From: Vulcanimicrobiales bacterium
Lineage (GTDB): Bacteria > Vulcanimicrobiota > Vulcanimicrobiia > Vulcanimicrobiales > Vulcanimicrobiaceae
Reading direction: 5' to 3'
Length of the DNA: 46,474 nucleotides
Assembly: GCA_038231455.1 (NCBI GenBank)
Contig: JBBRLI010000024.1
Location: 1 to 46,474, forward strand
Positions within the stretch are counted from its first letter, which is position 1. Every line of letters begins with the position of its first letter. Made by a program: the position numbers and the translations under genes. Shown piece after piece: positions 20,309 through 30,589 of this stretch. A model generated the notes under the pieces. It was not told where the DNA came from. It did not search any database and saw only the letters and a program-made list of their open reading frames with translations.

Positions 20309-21292
20309 GTGGAAGCAGTTTGGTGGGACGGCGATGCCGTTGGATATCTCGATCAGCGGGCATTGCCGCAAAACGTTGTGCGTAAGCGCGCGGAGCGTGT
20401 CGACGATGTCATCGATGCGATTCGCACGCTTGCCGTGCGCGGCGCGCCGGCGATCGGTATTTTCGGTGCCTACGGTATCGCGCTCGCCGCAACGCTTCAC
20501 GCGGGTGACGACTTCGCTGCGGCGGCGCAGCGCATTCGTGAAGCGCGCCCGACGGCGGTGAATCTTGCGTGGGCTGTCGATCGACTGCTCTCCGGCGCGC
20601 GTGCCGATCTGCTCGACGAGGCGAAGCGCGTTCACGACGAACAGCGCGAGATCGACCGTCGTATTGGTGCGGCGGCGATCGATCTATTTCCCAAATTCGG
20701 TAACGTGATAACGCACTGCAATACCGGCCCGATCGCTACGGGCGGTGAGGGAACGGCGCTGGGTACGATCGTTGCCGCGCATCGCGTCGGGAAGAAGCTG
20801 CACGTCTACGTCGATGAGACGCGGCCGCTCTTACAAGGCGCGCGTCTGACGATGCTGGAGCTCCGTGAAGCGGGCGTCCCCGCAACGCTGATCGTCGACG
20901 GCGCAGCCGCGATTACGATGGCGCGCAATTCGATTGCCGCGGTCGTCGTGGGTGCGGACCGCATCACGCGCAATGGCGATACCGCAAATAAAATCGGCAC
21001 GTATGGTCTTGCGATCGTCGCGGCGCATCACGGCGTGCCGTTCTACGTTGCCGCTCCCCGCTCGACGTTCGATTTCTCGCTCGAATCCGGCGACGATATT
21101 CCGATCGAAGAACGCTCGCCCGACGAGGTACGCATCACCAAAGACGATGCTGTCTATAATCCCGCTTTCGACGTCACGCCCGGTCGCCTGATCGCCGGGT
21201 TTATCACCGAATACGGCATTCTCTCACCGCCCTACGATGAGGCGATCGAGGATCTTGCATCGCGACCGAATATCGCAGCGCTGCTCGCTTGA
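20309..21292 (+). CDS. mtnA: S-methyl-5-thioribose-1-phosphate isomerase
   Basis: LDQR.LP, VRGAPAIG, RPTAVNL, THCNTG, DETRPLLQGARLT, GADRI, NKIGTY, NPAFDVTP. Confidence 0.93.
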   Translation: MEAVWWDGDAVGYLDQRALPQNVVRKRAERVDDVIDAIRTLAVRGAPAIGIFGAYGIALAATLHAGDDFAAAAQRIREARPTAVNLAWAVDRLLSGARADLLDEAKRVHDEQREIDRRIGAAAIDLFPKFGNVITHCNTGPIATGGEGTALGTIVAAHRVGKKLHVYVDETRPLLQGARLTMLELREAGVPATLIVDGAAAITMARNSIAAVVVGADRITRNGDTANKIGTYGLAIVAAHHGVPFYVAAPRSTFDFSLESGDDIPIEERSPDEVRITKDDAVYNPAFDVTPGRLIAGFITEYGILSPPYDEAIEDLASRPNIAALLA

Positions 21293-22275
21293 AATATTAT
21301 GACTTTATCGACAAAGAGCCCAAACTCGGCGGACTCGTCATCATCGAAGGCGTCGAGACGCAACTCGCGCAGCACGCGCTCGATGTGACGCTCGATCGCG
21401 CGCTCGCCCCGGACATGCGCGATCTCAACTTGGAGATCTTCGTCGGGCCCGAGATGGAATCGGCGGCTCGCATCGCCGATGCGATCAATGCGATGCCATT
21501 TCTTGCCGACCGGCGCGTCGTCGTCGTGCGGCGCTGTCACGATCTGCGCGCGGCACCGCGCCGCGAGGTGTGGGCGATCGCGCAAACCGTCCCGAGCGGC
21601 AACACCCTGATCCTCGAAGATTTGCTTGCGCCAACGAAAAAAACGAAACCCGAACCCTTTGGTGCACTCGCGGGGCGAGCGGCGCTGCGCATCGACACGA
21701 CCGCAAATGCCGAGACACGGGCGCGCTTTATCAAAGAGACCTTGGAACGGCTGGGTGCGACGGCCGAACCGCGTGCGATCGCCGAACTGACCGCAAGCGA
21801 AGCGGACCTTGGTTCGGTCAAGAACGATCTCGAGAAGCTGGCGCTGGGTGGGAAGAAGATCACCTTTGCCGACTTGGAGCGCGAGAGCCTCACGGTCGAA
21901 GACCCCAAAGCTTATCAATTCGCCAGCCTCTTGATCGAGGGAAAAACGGCCGAGGCGCTGGCCCTTGCCTTCGAACTTTTTGCCAACGAATCGCGATCCG
22001 CCGCCGTGCCGCTGCTCAGTGCGCTTGCGACCGACTTTGGGATTATCTGGGAGCTCGCTCGGCCGGGCGGCGGCGAGATCCAGGGACGCAACGCGTGGCG
22101 GGCCGGAAAGCTGCGCAGCGTCGCGCAGCGGATCGGCGAGCGGCGTGCGCGCTTTGCCTACGAGAGCGCCGTGCGCGGCTTCGAAGCCGTTGTCACCGGC
22201 AGAATTGACGATCCGCGGACGATCGTCGAAATCCTCACCGCGGAGATCGCAACGAAGGTCGTTCGCAGAGGATAA
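21289..22275 (+). CDS. holA: DNA polymerase III delta subunit
   Basis: DLNLEIF, AMPFLADRRVVVV and NDLEKL motifs; about 330 aa. Confidence 0.8.
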   Translation: MKYYDFIDKEPKLGGLVIIEGVETQLAQHALDVTLDRALAPDMRDLNLEIFVGPEMESAARIADAINAMPFLADRRVVVVRRCHDLRAAPRREVWAIAQTVPSGNTLILEDLLAPTKKTKPEPFGALAGRAALRIDTTANAETRARFIKETLERLGATAEPRAIAELTASEADLGSVKNDLEKLALGGKKITFADLERESLTVEDPKAYQFASLLIEGKTAEALALAFELFANESRSAAVPLLSALATDFGIIWELARPGGGEIQGRNAWRAGKLRSVAQRIGERRARFAYESAVRGFEAVVTGRIDDPRTIVEILTAEIATKVVRRG

Positions 22276-22376
22276 GCTCGGTTGGGCGACCAAGGTCGGG
22301 GCGAGCCGCGGGGTAGGATTTGTGCTACACCTGCGATGTCGCTTGTCACGTCCTCGTCTAAGGAGTTCTCTCTTTT

Positions 22377-23249
22377 ATGCGCAGTCTTCTCACTCGTCTT
22401 GCCGCGCTCGGCGTTTTCGCCGCGACCGTCGCGGGATGCTCCGGAGCCGCTGGGGTCAACCTTCCGGCGAGCGCCTTCCCGAACGGTGCAGCCGGCAATG
22501 GCGGCGGGCAGCTGACCAACATCACAACGCTGACGGGCGTCAACACGAACTTGACGCTCCCAGCAAACACGCTCGCGCCGACCGCTCTGTTCTTCACGAC
22601 GACGGCCCCGTTCAGCGGCTTCAACGTTGCGGCAACGTCGGTTGCCACCCCCGCGGTGTTCGCTCAGGATGCGGCGCCGGCCAACCTTCCGCCGAGCAAC
22701 AGCACGGGCGGCTTCGCCTACCCGGCCCCGCCAACGAGCCTCGATGCGATCACCTTTCAGGCAGCGCAGGGTTCGCAAAACCCCACCCTCCTGAAAGGCC
22801 CCGTTTCGCCCTCGCTCGCGGTCAACTACGCGACGCCGCAGGTTTCCACGCAAGTCACCCTTAGCACGATCGTCGTCCATGCCTCGCTCACCGGCGGCGG
22901 CGCACCGAATTATGCCGGCGCTACGCTCGGCCTCGAACTGGTCGGCGGCACGGGTGCCGGCGCCTATGACGTCCGCGTCAATTGCGGCACGCTCACCGCC
23001 GCGATCACCGCGTACAGCTGCGGCCCGCTCCCGTCGTACGGCCAAGTCCAGACCACCGCGACCGGCGGCTTCGTGCCCCAGCAGTCGGTCCCCGCGACCG
23101 TCCCGGCCTTCCTGAACCCGGCCAATCCGTCGGCAACTGGCGCCTACACCGGCCTACCCTCAACCGTGTATGCGGTCGTCACCTACGGAGCCGCACTCCC
23201 GACCGGTCCGACGACGCTCAACATCGGCTACGTGTACGCAAAACAATAA
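22377..23249 (+). CDS. Hypothetical lipoprotein (Thr/Ala/Gly/Pro-rich)
   Basis: AAGGAG SD, signal peptide with lipobox VAGC, strong GC3 codon bias, own terminator. Confidence 0.75.
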   Translation: MRSLLTRLAALGVFAATVAGCSGAAGVNLPASAFPNGAAGNGGGQLTNITTLTGVNTNLTLPANTLAPTALFFTTTAPFSGFNVAATSVATPAVFAQDAAPANLPPSNSTGGFAYPAPPTSLDAITFQAAQGSQNPTLLKGPVSPSLAVNYATPQVSTQVTLSTIVVHASLTGGGAPNYAGATLGLELVGGTGAGAYDVRVNCGTLTAAITAYSCGPLPSYGQVQTTATGGFVPQQSVPATVPAFLNPANPSATGAYTGLPSTVYAVVTYGAALPTGPTTLNIGYVYAKQ

Positions 23250-23265
23250 AGCGCAGCGGCGCTAG

Positions 23266-23303
23266 AAAAGAGCATCGCGTTTCGACGCGGTGCTCTTTTT
23301 TTT
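23266..23303 (+). terminator. Intrinsic terminator
   Basis: AAAAGAGCATCGCGT-TTCG-ACGCGGTGCTCTTTTTTTT. Confidence 0.9.
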
Positions 23304-23363
23304 GCCGCAACGTTGCGCGACGAGGCTCGCCTTTCTTGGGGCGCGAACGCCACAGGAGAGATA

Positions 23364-24767
23364 ATGAATCAAACAACATATGCATCGCCGTTTTCGTGGC
23401 GCTACGGTCGCCCGGAAATGCGCGAACTCTTCTCCGAACACAAACGTCGCCGTCTCTGGCGCGCGGTGTGGATTGCGCTAGCTGAATCGCAGATGAAAAG
23501 CGGCCTTGTGAGCGAGGCCGAGCTCGCCGATCTCAAAGCGCATCGCGATGAGATCGATATCGATGCCGCGCTTGCGATCGAACATGAAATCGGCCACGAC
23601 CTGATGGCCGAAATCCGCGTGTACGCATCGCAAGCCAAAGTCGGCGGCGGTAAGTTGCACCTCGGCGCGACCTCGATGGATATCGAAGATACGGTTGAAA
23701 TGTATCGCCTGCGTACGGCGACGGCGATGATTCGCGAATCGCTGCGGCTGTTGCTCGATGCGTTTTCGGAAAAAATCGACAAGCACGCGGACCTCGTTTG
23801 CATGGGGTACACGCATCTGCAGCCGGCGGAACCGACGACGGTTGGGTATCGCCTTGCCGTGTACGCGCAAGATTTGCTCATCGATGACGCCCAGCTCGCG
23901 TTTGCGCTCACGCAGTTGACCGCCAAAGGCGTTCGCGGCGCGGTCGGCACGTCGGCGTCGTACATGCGGCTGCTCGCCGGCACCGGTCGAACGGCCGAGA
24001 TGCAAGAGCAAGACGTGCTCGATGCGTTCGGGCTCACCGCGCGCGATGCCGCAACGCAGACCTATCCGCGCAAACTCGATTATCTTTTGCTCTCGTCGAT
24101 TGCGGGTCTTGGCACATCGCTCTCCAAATTTGCCGCCGACGTGCGCGTGCTCTCATCACCGGGATTCGGCGAGATGTTCGAACCGTTCGGCAAGAAACAA
24201 GTCGGCAGTTCGGCGATGCCGTTCAAACGCAATCCGGTGATGTCGGAGCGCATCGATTCGCTCGCTCGCCTGCTCGTCGGCTACGCCGATGCGGCATGGC
24301 AGAACGCGTCGACAAACTACCTCGAGCGCACGCTCGATGATAGCGCGAACCGGCGTACGATTCTTCCGGAGGCACTCTTGTGCGCCGATGAGATTCTTTC
24401 GCTCGCGCGCAAAGTCATCACGGGTTTGCGCGTCGACGAGCGTCAAATCGCGGAGAACTTGCGCACCTATGGCCCGTTCTCGGGCACGGAAGCCGTCATG
24501 ATGGACGCCGCGAAAGCCGGCGCCGACCGTCAAGAAATGCACGAAGTGATTCGCGAATCGGCGATGACCGCATACGAAGCGCTCGCGCGCGGCGAATCCA
24601 ACCCCCTCGCCCGTATTCTCGCCGACGACGAACGCATTACCGCGCACGTCGATCCGGCGGAAATCCGCGCCCAGCTCGACCCCCTCACCCATAGCGGCGA
24701 TGCCGCGATTCGCGCGCGCCGTGTGGCAAACCGAATTCGCGGCGCCGTGGAGACCGCCACAGCGTGA
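23364..24767 (+). CDS. purB: Adenylosuccinate lyase
   Basis: YASPFSWRY, HLGATS, GYTHLQPA, GSSAMPFKRNP, ERTLDDSA; AGGAGA SD. Confidence 0.95.
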   Translation: MNQTTYASPFSWRYGRPEMRELFSEHKRRRLWRAVWIALAESQMKSGLVSEAELADLKAHRDEIDIDAALAIEHEIGHDLMAEIRVYASQAKVGGGKLHLGATSMDIEDTVEMYRLRTATAMIRESLRLLLDAFSEKIDKHADLVCMGYTHLQPAEPTTVGYRLAVYAQDLLIDDAQLAFALTQLTAKGVRGAVGTSASYMRLLAGTGRTAEMQEQDVLDAFGLTARDAATQTYPRKLDYLLLSSIAGLGTSLSKFAADVRVLSSPGFGEMFEPFGKKQVGSSAMPFKRNPVMSERIDSLARLLVGYADAAWQNASTNYLERTLDDSANRRTILPEALLCADEILSLARKVITGLRVDERQIAENLRTYGPFSGTEAVMMDAAKAGADRQEMHEVIRESAMTAYEALARGESNPLARILADDERITAHVDPAEIRAQLDPLTHSGDAAIRARRVANRIRGAVETATA

Positions 24768-25972
24768 ACAAAGGCCATGAAATTGCTCGCGGCAAGACCA
24801 AGATTCTCTACGAATATCCGGGTCAACCCGATGTCGTCGTGGTCGAGCAGATGGACAGCATCTCTGCCGGCGATGGCGCGCGCAAAGACGTCATCGAAGG
24901 CAAGGGCCGTATCGCTGCAAAGACGACCGCGCGCGTCTTTCGTTTACTGAATCTTTGCGGTCTGCCGACGCACTATCTCAGCGGCGGCGAAGACGATGAC
25001 GATAACGAGATGCTCGTACGCCGTGCACAAATGATTCCGCTCGAAGTCGTGGTGCGCGGCATTGCGGCAGGGTCGCTCGTGAAGCGCAAGCCCGGCATTC
25101 AGCGCGGTTCGCTGCTCGTGCCGCGCATGATCGAGTTCTTCCTCAAAGACGATGCAAACCACGATCCACTCATCGAAGCGGATGCAATCGTCGCGGGAAA
25201 CTACGCGACGGCGCAAGAGATCGCAACGATGAGCGAACTCGCCCGCATCACCTACGAAATTCTCGCCCATGCGTGGCGTCGCCGCGATACGCTGCTCGTC
25301 GACCTCAAGCTCGAGTTCGGCCGGATCGCAAGCGGCGACGGCAGAGGATCGCTCGTCATTGCCGATGTGATCGACAACGATTCGTGGCGCGTGTGGCCGC
25401 AGGGTCGCGAAGATCTCATGCTCGATAAACAAGCGTATCGAAATCTGCCGACCGTCACACCTGAAGCGCTTGCCGCGATCAAAGCGTCGTACGAAGCGGT
25501 CGCCGAACTTGTCGGGACGTTTCCGCAGATGCGCCCGGGCATGGTCGCGATCATTTCCGACGGTCCGCAACACAACGAACTTGCAAATACCATTGCGCGC
25601 GCCATTGGCAACTTCGGGTTGCCGACGATCCGCCATGTCGTCTCGGTGGAACGCACGCCGGGATACGCGCTACAGCTCGTCTCGCAGCTCGATGCGACGT
25701 TTGCGCGGATGGTCGTGATCGCCGTCGGTGGCCAAGGTTCCGCCCTCCCGGGCATGCTCGATAATGCGACGGCAAACCCCGTGTTGCGCGCGATCTCGGG
25801 CGAGCTCGATCTCGATATGTTGAGCTTTTCATGCGCGAAGGCACTCGGGCTTGAAGACACCGTCGTCTTCGGGCGCGTCTTGCTCATGCAGGCAAACGTT
25901 CGTTCCGCCGTGATGCAAGCCGACGCCCAAGTGCAGGCGCAGATGCAGCAGTCGCAAGGCGCACTCGCATAA
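24764..25972 (+). CDS. purC: SAICAR synthetase fused to a degenerate PurE-like domain (PAICS-like)
   Basis: GKTK, MIPLE, KDDANHDP, LVDLKLEFG, ADVIDNDSWRVWP, DKQAYR; the C-terminal ~140 aa follows the AIR-carboxylase sequence pattern. Confidence 0.88.
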   Translation: MNKGHEIARGKTKILYEYPGQPDVVVVEQMDSISAGDGARKDVIEGKGRIAAKTTARVFRLLNLCGLPTHYLSGGEDDDDNEMLVRRAQMIPLEVVVRGIAAGSLVKRKPGIQRGSLLVPRMIEFFLKDDANHDPLIEADAIVAGNYATAQEIATMSELARITYEILAHAWRRRDTLLVDLKLEFGRIASGDGRGSLVIADVIDNDSWRVWPQGREDLMLDKQAYRNLPTVTPEALAAIKASYEAVAELVGTFPQMRPGMVAIISDGPQHNELANTIARAIGNFGLPTIRHVVSVERTPGYALQLVSQLDATFARMVVIAVGGQGSALPGMLDNATANPVLRAISGELDLDMLSFSCAKALGLEDTVVFGRVLLMQANVRSAVMQADAQVQAQMQQSQGALA

Positions 25973-25973
25973 C

Positions 25974-28295
25974 GTGACGACGACTTCGTTCGAATCGGAA
26001 ATCGATGCCTACATCGCGGGCCTCTCGCGCTATGGCGTGGCGCTCTCCGCAGCGGAAATCCGGCGCATCGCGCACACGCTTGGCCGCCTGCCGAGCGAAA
26101 CGGAACTCTACGCATTCGATGCGCAGTGGAGCGAGCACTGTTCCTATAAATCCAGCCGCCACCATCTGCGACGGCTGCCGACCGACGGTCCGACGGTGAT
26201 GCAAGGGCCCGCAGAAGACGCGGGCATTTTGCATCTTGGCGAATGGCAGGGCGAGCGCTACGGCATCGTGATCGCACACGAATCCCATAACCATCCCTCG
26301 CAGGTCGTGCCTTTTGAAGGCGCCGCAACCGGCATCGGCGGCATCGTGCGCGACGTGCTGTGCATGGGCGCGCAAGTCATCGCCGTCGCCGATCCGCTGC
26401 GCTTCGGCCGGCTCGAGGACGCGCACTGCCGCTACGTCGCGCAAGGCGTCGTCGACGGCATCGCCGCGTACGGAAACGCGATTGGCGTTCCGAATATCGG
26501 CGGCGATGTGTACATCGATGAGTCCTTCGATGACAACGTGCTCGTCAACGTCGTCGCGCTTGGTCTTGTTAAAGAGTCGGAGATCATCCACTCCAAAGCA
26601 CCGAAAGGCTCGGTCGGCTGGGACATCGTGCTCGTCGGTAAAGCCACCGACCGCAGCGGCTTCGGCGGTGCGTCGTTCTCCTCGGTTACGCTCGACGAAG
26701 ACGATGCCGAAGCAAACAAAGGCGCCGTTCAAGTCCCCGATCCGTTCCTCAAGAACGTAATCATTCGGGCGTCGTATCGCGTCTTCGAGGAATTGCGCGC
26801 GCACGGGATTGAAGCGGGCTTCAAAGATCTTGGCGCCGGCGGCATGGCCGGCTGCACGCTCGAACTCGTCTCTTCGGGCGGCTACGGTGCGATCGTCGAT
26901 CTCGATAAGGCGCCAACCGGCCAGCCGAACTTGCCGCCCGCGGTCATTGCGATCGGCGAGACGCAGGAGCGATTGGCGTGGGTCGTGCCGCCGTCGTTCA
27001 CGCCCGAACTGCTGCGAATTTACAACGAAGAGTTTTCGCTGCCCGAGATTTCGCGCGGTGCGTGTGCTGCGGTCATCGGCGTCGTCACCGAGGAACCGTT
27101 CTACGTTGCCCGTTTTGCGGGCGAAGAAGTGATGCGCGTGCCGACGCGTTTTCTCACCGATGGGGTTCGCTACAACCGGCCGTATACGATTGCTCTCCCC
27201 GATGTCGAACCGTTCGCGGACTTCGATGCGCGCACGCGTGACCGACGCGTTGCGAAGCTCGATCGCGCGACGGTGGAGAACATTCTGGCGCATCGCGACG
27301 TGTGTTCGCGCGCGCCGATCTACACACGGTTTGACTCGGTCGTGCGCGGCACGACGGCCATTCCCGCGGGCGAAGCCGATGCCGGCGTGATCGTGCCGAT
27401 CCCCGGTGCGCCGCTTGCCGTGGCGCTCTCTGTCGACGGCAATCCGCGCTACGGTGCGATCGATGCGATGCGTGCTGCCGAACTTGCCGTCTGCGAATCG
27501 GCGCGGAACGTCGCGGCGGTCGGGGCGCGGCCGGTCGGGATGACCGACTGTCTGAATTTCGGCGATCCGACCGATCCCAAACATTTAGGCGAATTTGTCG
27601 CAGCGGTCGACGGTCTTGCGTATGCGGCGCGACGTCTCGGCACGCCGTTCGTCTCTGGTAATGTGAGTCTCTACAATCAGTCAAAAGCCGGTCGAGCGAT
27701 CTCGCCTTCGCCGATCGTCGCGTGTGTCGGGACGATTCCGAACATCGCAAAATCCGCGACGTTTGCGATCAAACGTTCCGGATCGGCCGTGCATTTTGTC
27801 GGAATGCCGCAACCCAACTTCGGCGGTTCGGTCTATGCCGACATCTGCGGATTCACCTCGGCGAATCTGCCGACCGTCGACTACGACGAAGTCGCACGCG
27901 AGATCGATCTGATGATCGAAGCGTTCGATGAGGGTGTGGTCCTCGCGGCGCACGATATCTCGGACGGCGGCGCAATTACCGCGCTGTGCGAGATGGCGTT
28001 CGCGAGTCTCGATCGCAATCGCGCGGGATTCCAGGTCGACACGAGCGCCTTCCCCGACAAGCACGCGCACGACGAAGCGATTTTCTACGGCGAGGCGGGT
28101 GGTTTCATCGTCGAGGTAACGGATTCGACCGCGTTCGCGCGCCTCGCCGATCGGCATCGCGTGTTCGCTCCGCTGATCGCGCGGACGACGGACGATGCGA
28201 CCCTACGCTATAACGATCTTGCCTTCGATCTCTTCGACCTCCGCGAAACGTGGGCCGCACCGCTGCGCGATTTCTACGCGGAGGCACGCGTATGA
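25974..28295 (+). CDS. purL: FGAM synthase subunit PurL (small form)
   Basis: WSEHCSYK, ESHNHPS..PFEGAATGIGGIVRD, VQVPDPF, TDCLNFGDP, SGNVSLYN, HDISDGG. Confidence 0.95.
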   Translation: MTTTSFESEIDAYIAGLSRYGVALSAAEIRRIAHTLGRLPSETELYAFDAQWSEHCSYKSSRHHLRRLPTDGPTVMQGPAEDAGILHLGEWQGERYGIVIAHESHNHPSQVVPFEGAATGIGGIVRDVLCMGAQVIAVADPLRFGRLEDAHCRYVAQGVVDGIAAYGNAIGVPNIGGDVYIDESFDDNVLVNVVALGLVKESEIIHSKAPKGSVGWDIVLVGKATDRSGFGGASFSSVTLDEDDAEANKGAVQVPDPFLKNVIIRASYRVFEELRAHGIEAGFKDLGAGGMAGCTLELVSSGGYGAIVDLDKAPTGQPNLPPAVIAIGETQERLAWVVPPSFTPELLRIYNEEFSLPEISRGACAAVIGVVTEEPFYVARFAGEEVMRVPTRFLTDGVRYNRPYTIALPDVEPFADFDARTRDRRVAKLDRATVENILAHRDVCSRAPIYTRFDSVVRGTTAIPAGEADAGVIVPIPGAPLAVALSVDGNPRYGAIDAMRAAELAVCESARNVAAVGARPVGMTDCLNFGDPTDPKHLGEFVAAVDGLAYAARRLGTPFVSGNVSLYNQSKAGRAISPSPIVACVGTIPNIAKSATFAIKRSGSAVHFVGMPQPNFGGSVYADICGFTSANLPTVDYDEVAREIDLMIEAFDEGVVLAAHDISDGGAITALCEMAFASLDRNRAGFQVDTSAFPDKHAHDEAIFYGEAGGFIVEVTDSTAFARLADRHRVFAPLIARTTDDATLRYNDLAFDLFDLRETWAAPLRDFYAEARV

Positions 28296-29083
28296 GCGTT
28301 GCGGTGATGGTCTTTCCGGGCACGAATAGCGAAGATGAGACACTGCGCGCGGTGAAAGCCGCGGGGCTTGACGGACGCCTCGTTCACTGGAGTGCGGATC
28401 CCGCAAGCGTACGTGGTTTCGACGCCTACATTCTCCCCGGTGGCTTTGCGTATGAAGATCGCATTCGCGCCGGTGCGGTCGCCGCGCACGATCGACTCAT
28501 GGACGTCGTGATCGAGGGTGCACAGAGCGGCAAGCTCGTGCTCGGTATTTGCAACGGCGCGCAGGTTCTGCTTGAAACAGGTCTCGTGCCCGGGACGGGT
28601 CCGATCCGCCGTCCGACGGCCGCCTTCGCACCGAACGGCAACGGCGGACGCTTCCGCTCCGTGCGCGTCTACGCGCGTCCGGTCGGCGCGCGCGCTCGCT
28701 CGCCGTTTCTGGCTGCGCTCGGCGACGCGCCGATACCGATGTGGGCGTCGCACGGCGACGGTCGCCTGGTAGCGAGCCACGCCGAATTACAAACGATCGA
28801 ATCGGGCGGACACATCGCCTTCGTCTATTCGGATGAAGCGGGCATCACAAGCGATGCCGTTATTCCGAACGGCTCCGCACTCGGCGTTGCCGGCCTCGTG
28901 AATGCTCGCGGCAACGTGCTCGCGATCATGCCGCATCCCGAACGTGACGGCTGGGTCTTCCAGCATCGCGATGGCCCCGAAAAGCTTGCGGCGATGAACG
29001 ATGGGGATGCGATGCTCGCACCCTCCGGTGGTTCGGTGATCTTCTCGGCTTTCGCGCAGGCGATGAACGCCGGTGTGCGATGA
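28292..29083 (+). CDS. purQ: FGAM synthase glutaminase subunit PurQ
   Basis: FPGTN, PGGFAYED, GICNG and MPHPER catalytic triad motifs. Confidence 0.93.
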   Translation: MSVAVMVFPGTNSEDETLRAVKAAGLDGRLVHWSADPASVRGFDAYILPGGFAYEDRIRAGAVAAHDRLMDVVIEGAQSGKLVLGICNGAQVLLETGLVPGTGPIRRPTAAFAPNGNGGRFRSVRVYARPVGARARSPFLAALGDAPIPMWASHGDGRLVASHAELQTIESGGHIAFVYSDEAGITSDAVIPNGSALGVAGLVNARGNVLAIMPHPERDGWVFQHRDGPEKLAAMNDGDAMLAPSGGSVIFSAFAQAMNAGVR

Positions 29084-29556
29084 TCGCGCGTTTTGCCGTC
29101 TCGTTGACGATTCCCGACAACACCGCCTACACGACCCTCGTCGCTTTGCGGCATCTGGGGATCGACCTCGAGCGCATCGAGCGCGCCGAACTGTACGAAT
29201 TCGACGGCGATTTCGACGCCGCGAAGCTCGAAGCCACGATCCGCACCATCGAAACCATTTTCAATCCCAATAAGCACCGCATGGAACTTCGTTCCCTCGC
29301 GGAACCGCTGCCGGGAGAAGTGTGGATCGATGAGCGCGACGAACCGGTAGCGACTACCACGCGGGTAACGGTTGCCGGACGGATGCTCGAAGGCGTTCGA
29401 TCCCTCCGGCGAGCCACCGCGTGGCGACTCTATTCTGGCGGAAAAACCGCCGATTCGGCGACCGTGGGGCGTGCGGTCGAGACCTTGCTTTGCAATCCAG
29501 CGTTTCAAAGGGCACTGTATGATCCTCGCACCAAAACCGTCGCTTCGCATGCCTGA
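29080..29556 (+). CDS. purS: Probable tandem (double-domain) PurS
   Basis: Overlaps purQ; two ~75-aa halves, each ending in an NP motif (IFNPNKH, LLCNPAFQ). Confidence 0.6.
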   Translation: MIARFAVSLTIPDNTAYTTLVALRHLGIDLERIERAELYEFDGDFDAAKLEATIRTIETIFNPNKHRMELRSLAEPLPGEVWIDERDEPVATTTRVTVAGRMLEGVRSLRRATAWRLYSGGKTADSATVGRAVETLLCNPAFQRALYDPRTKTVASHA

Positions 29557-30589
29557 CCGTAACGTCGGCCAGTTCTATACGATCGCGACGCTCGGCTCGC
29601 ATTCGGCGCTCCAAATCCTCAAGGGCGCGCACGACGAAGGTTTCCGTACGCTCGTCATCGCCAACGAGGAGACCGAGCCGCTGTATCGCTCGTTTGCATT
29701 CTGTGATGAGACGATCACGATCAAAGAGTACAGCGAGTTCATGTCGCTCGTGCCGGAGCTCGAGAAGCGCAAGATCATCATCGTTCCGCACGGCTCGTTT
29801 GTGGCGTATCTCTCACTCGACGAGCACAAGAACATGACGATTCCGTACTTCGGCAACAAGGCCGTCTTGGATTGGGAAGCGAGCCGCGAGCTGCAGCGCC
29901 AGTGGCTGACCGCCGCCGGCCTCAACGTACCGCGTCAGTTCCGCACGGGAGCCGAAATCGACCGCCCCGTGATCGTGAAGCTCTACGGCGCGCAAGGCGG
30001 CAAAGGCTATATGTTCTTGCGCAATACCGAGGACTTCGAACAGCGCGCGGGCCTGCTCGCAAAGCAAGAGTATATCTTGCAAGAGTACATCATCGGCGTG
30101 CCGCTCTACATTCACTATTTCTATTCGCCGCTGACCGGCAAACTCGAAATCATGTCGATGGATCGCCGCTACGAAACCAACGTCGATTCGCTCGGCCGCA
30201 TTCCCTCGCGCGCACAAGAGCACATGGACATCGACCCGAGCTACGTCGTCGTCGGCAACTCGCCGCTGAGTTTGCGTGAGTCGATGCTCGCCGAGGCCTA
30301 TCGCATGGGCGAGAACGTGGTCCGCGTCTCGCAAGAGATCTGCGGTCCCAAAGGCCTCTTCGGTGCGTTCTGCATCGAGACGATCATCACGCCCGACGCA
30401 CAATTTTACGTTATGGAAGTGTCGGCACGCATCGTTGCGGGAACGAACCTGTTCATCGATGGATCGCCCTATTCGTATCTCAACTACAGTGAGCCGATGT
30501 CGACCGGCCGTCGCATCGCCCGCGAAATCAAGAATGCTCTGCTCAGCAATGCGCTCGATGTGGTCCTCGACGATAACAGCGTGGTGTAG
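29549..30589 (+). CDS. purP: Archaeal-type FAICAR synthetase PurP (formate-dependent ATP-grasp)
   Basis: IATLGSHSALQILKGAHDEGF, VPHGSFVAY, GAQGGKGY, DRRYETN, YVVVGN, LRES, EVSARIVAGTN, MSTGRRIAREIK. Confidence 0.9.
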   Translation: MPDRNVGQFYTIATLGSHSALQILKGAHDEGFRTLVIANEETEPLYRSFAFCDETITIKEYSEFMSLVPELEKRKIIIVPHGSFVAYLSLDEHKNMTIPYFGNKAVLDWEASRELQRQWLTAAGLNVPRQFRTGAEIDRPVIVKLYGAQGGKGYMFLRNTEDFEQRAGLLAKQEYILQEYIIGVPLYIHYFYSPLTGKLEIMSMDRRYETNVDSLGRIPSRAQEHMDIDPSYVVVGNSPLSLRESMLAEAYRMGENVVRVSQEICGPKGLFGAFCIETIITPDAQFYVMEVSARIVAGTNLFIDGSPYSYLNYSEPMSTGRRIAREIKNALLSNALDVVLDDNSVV

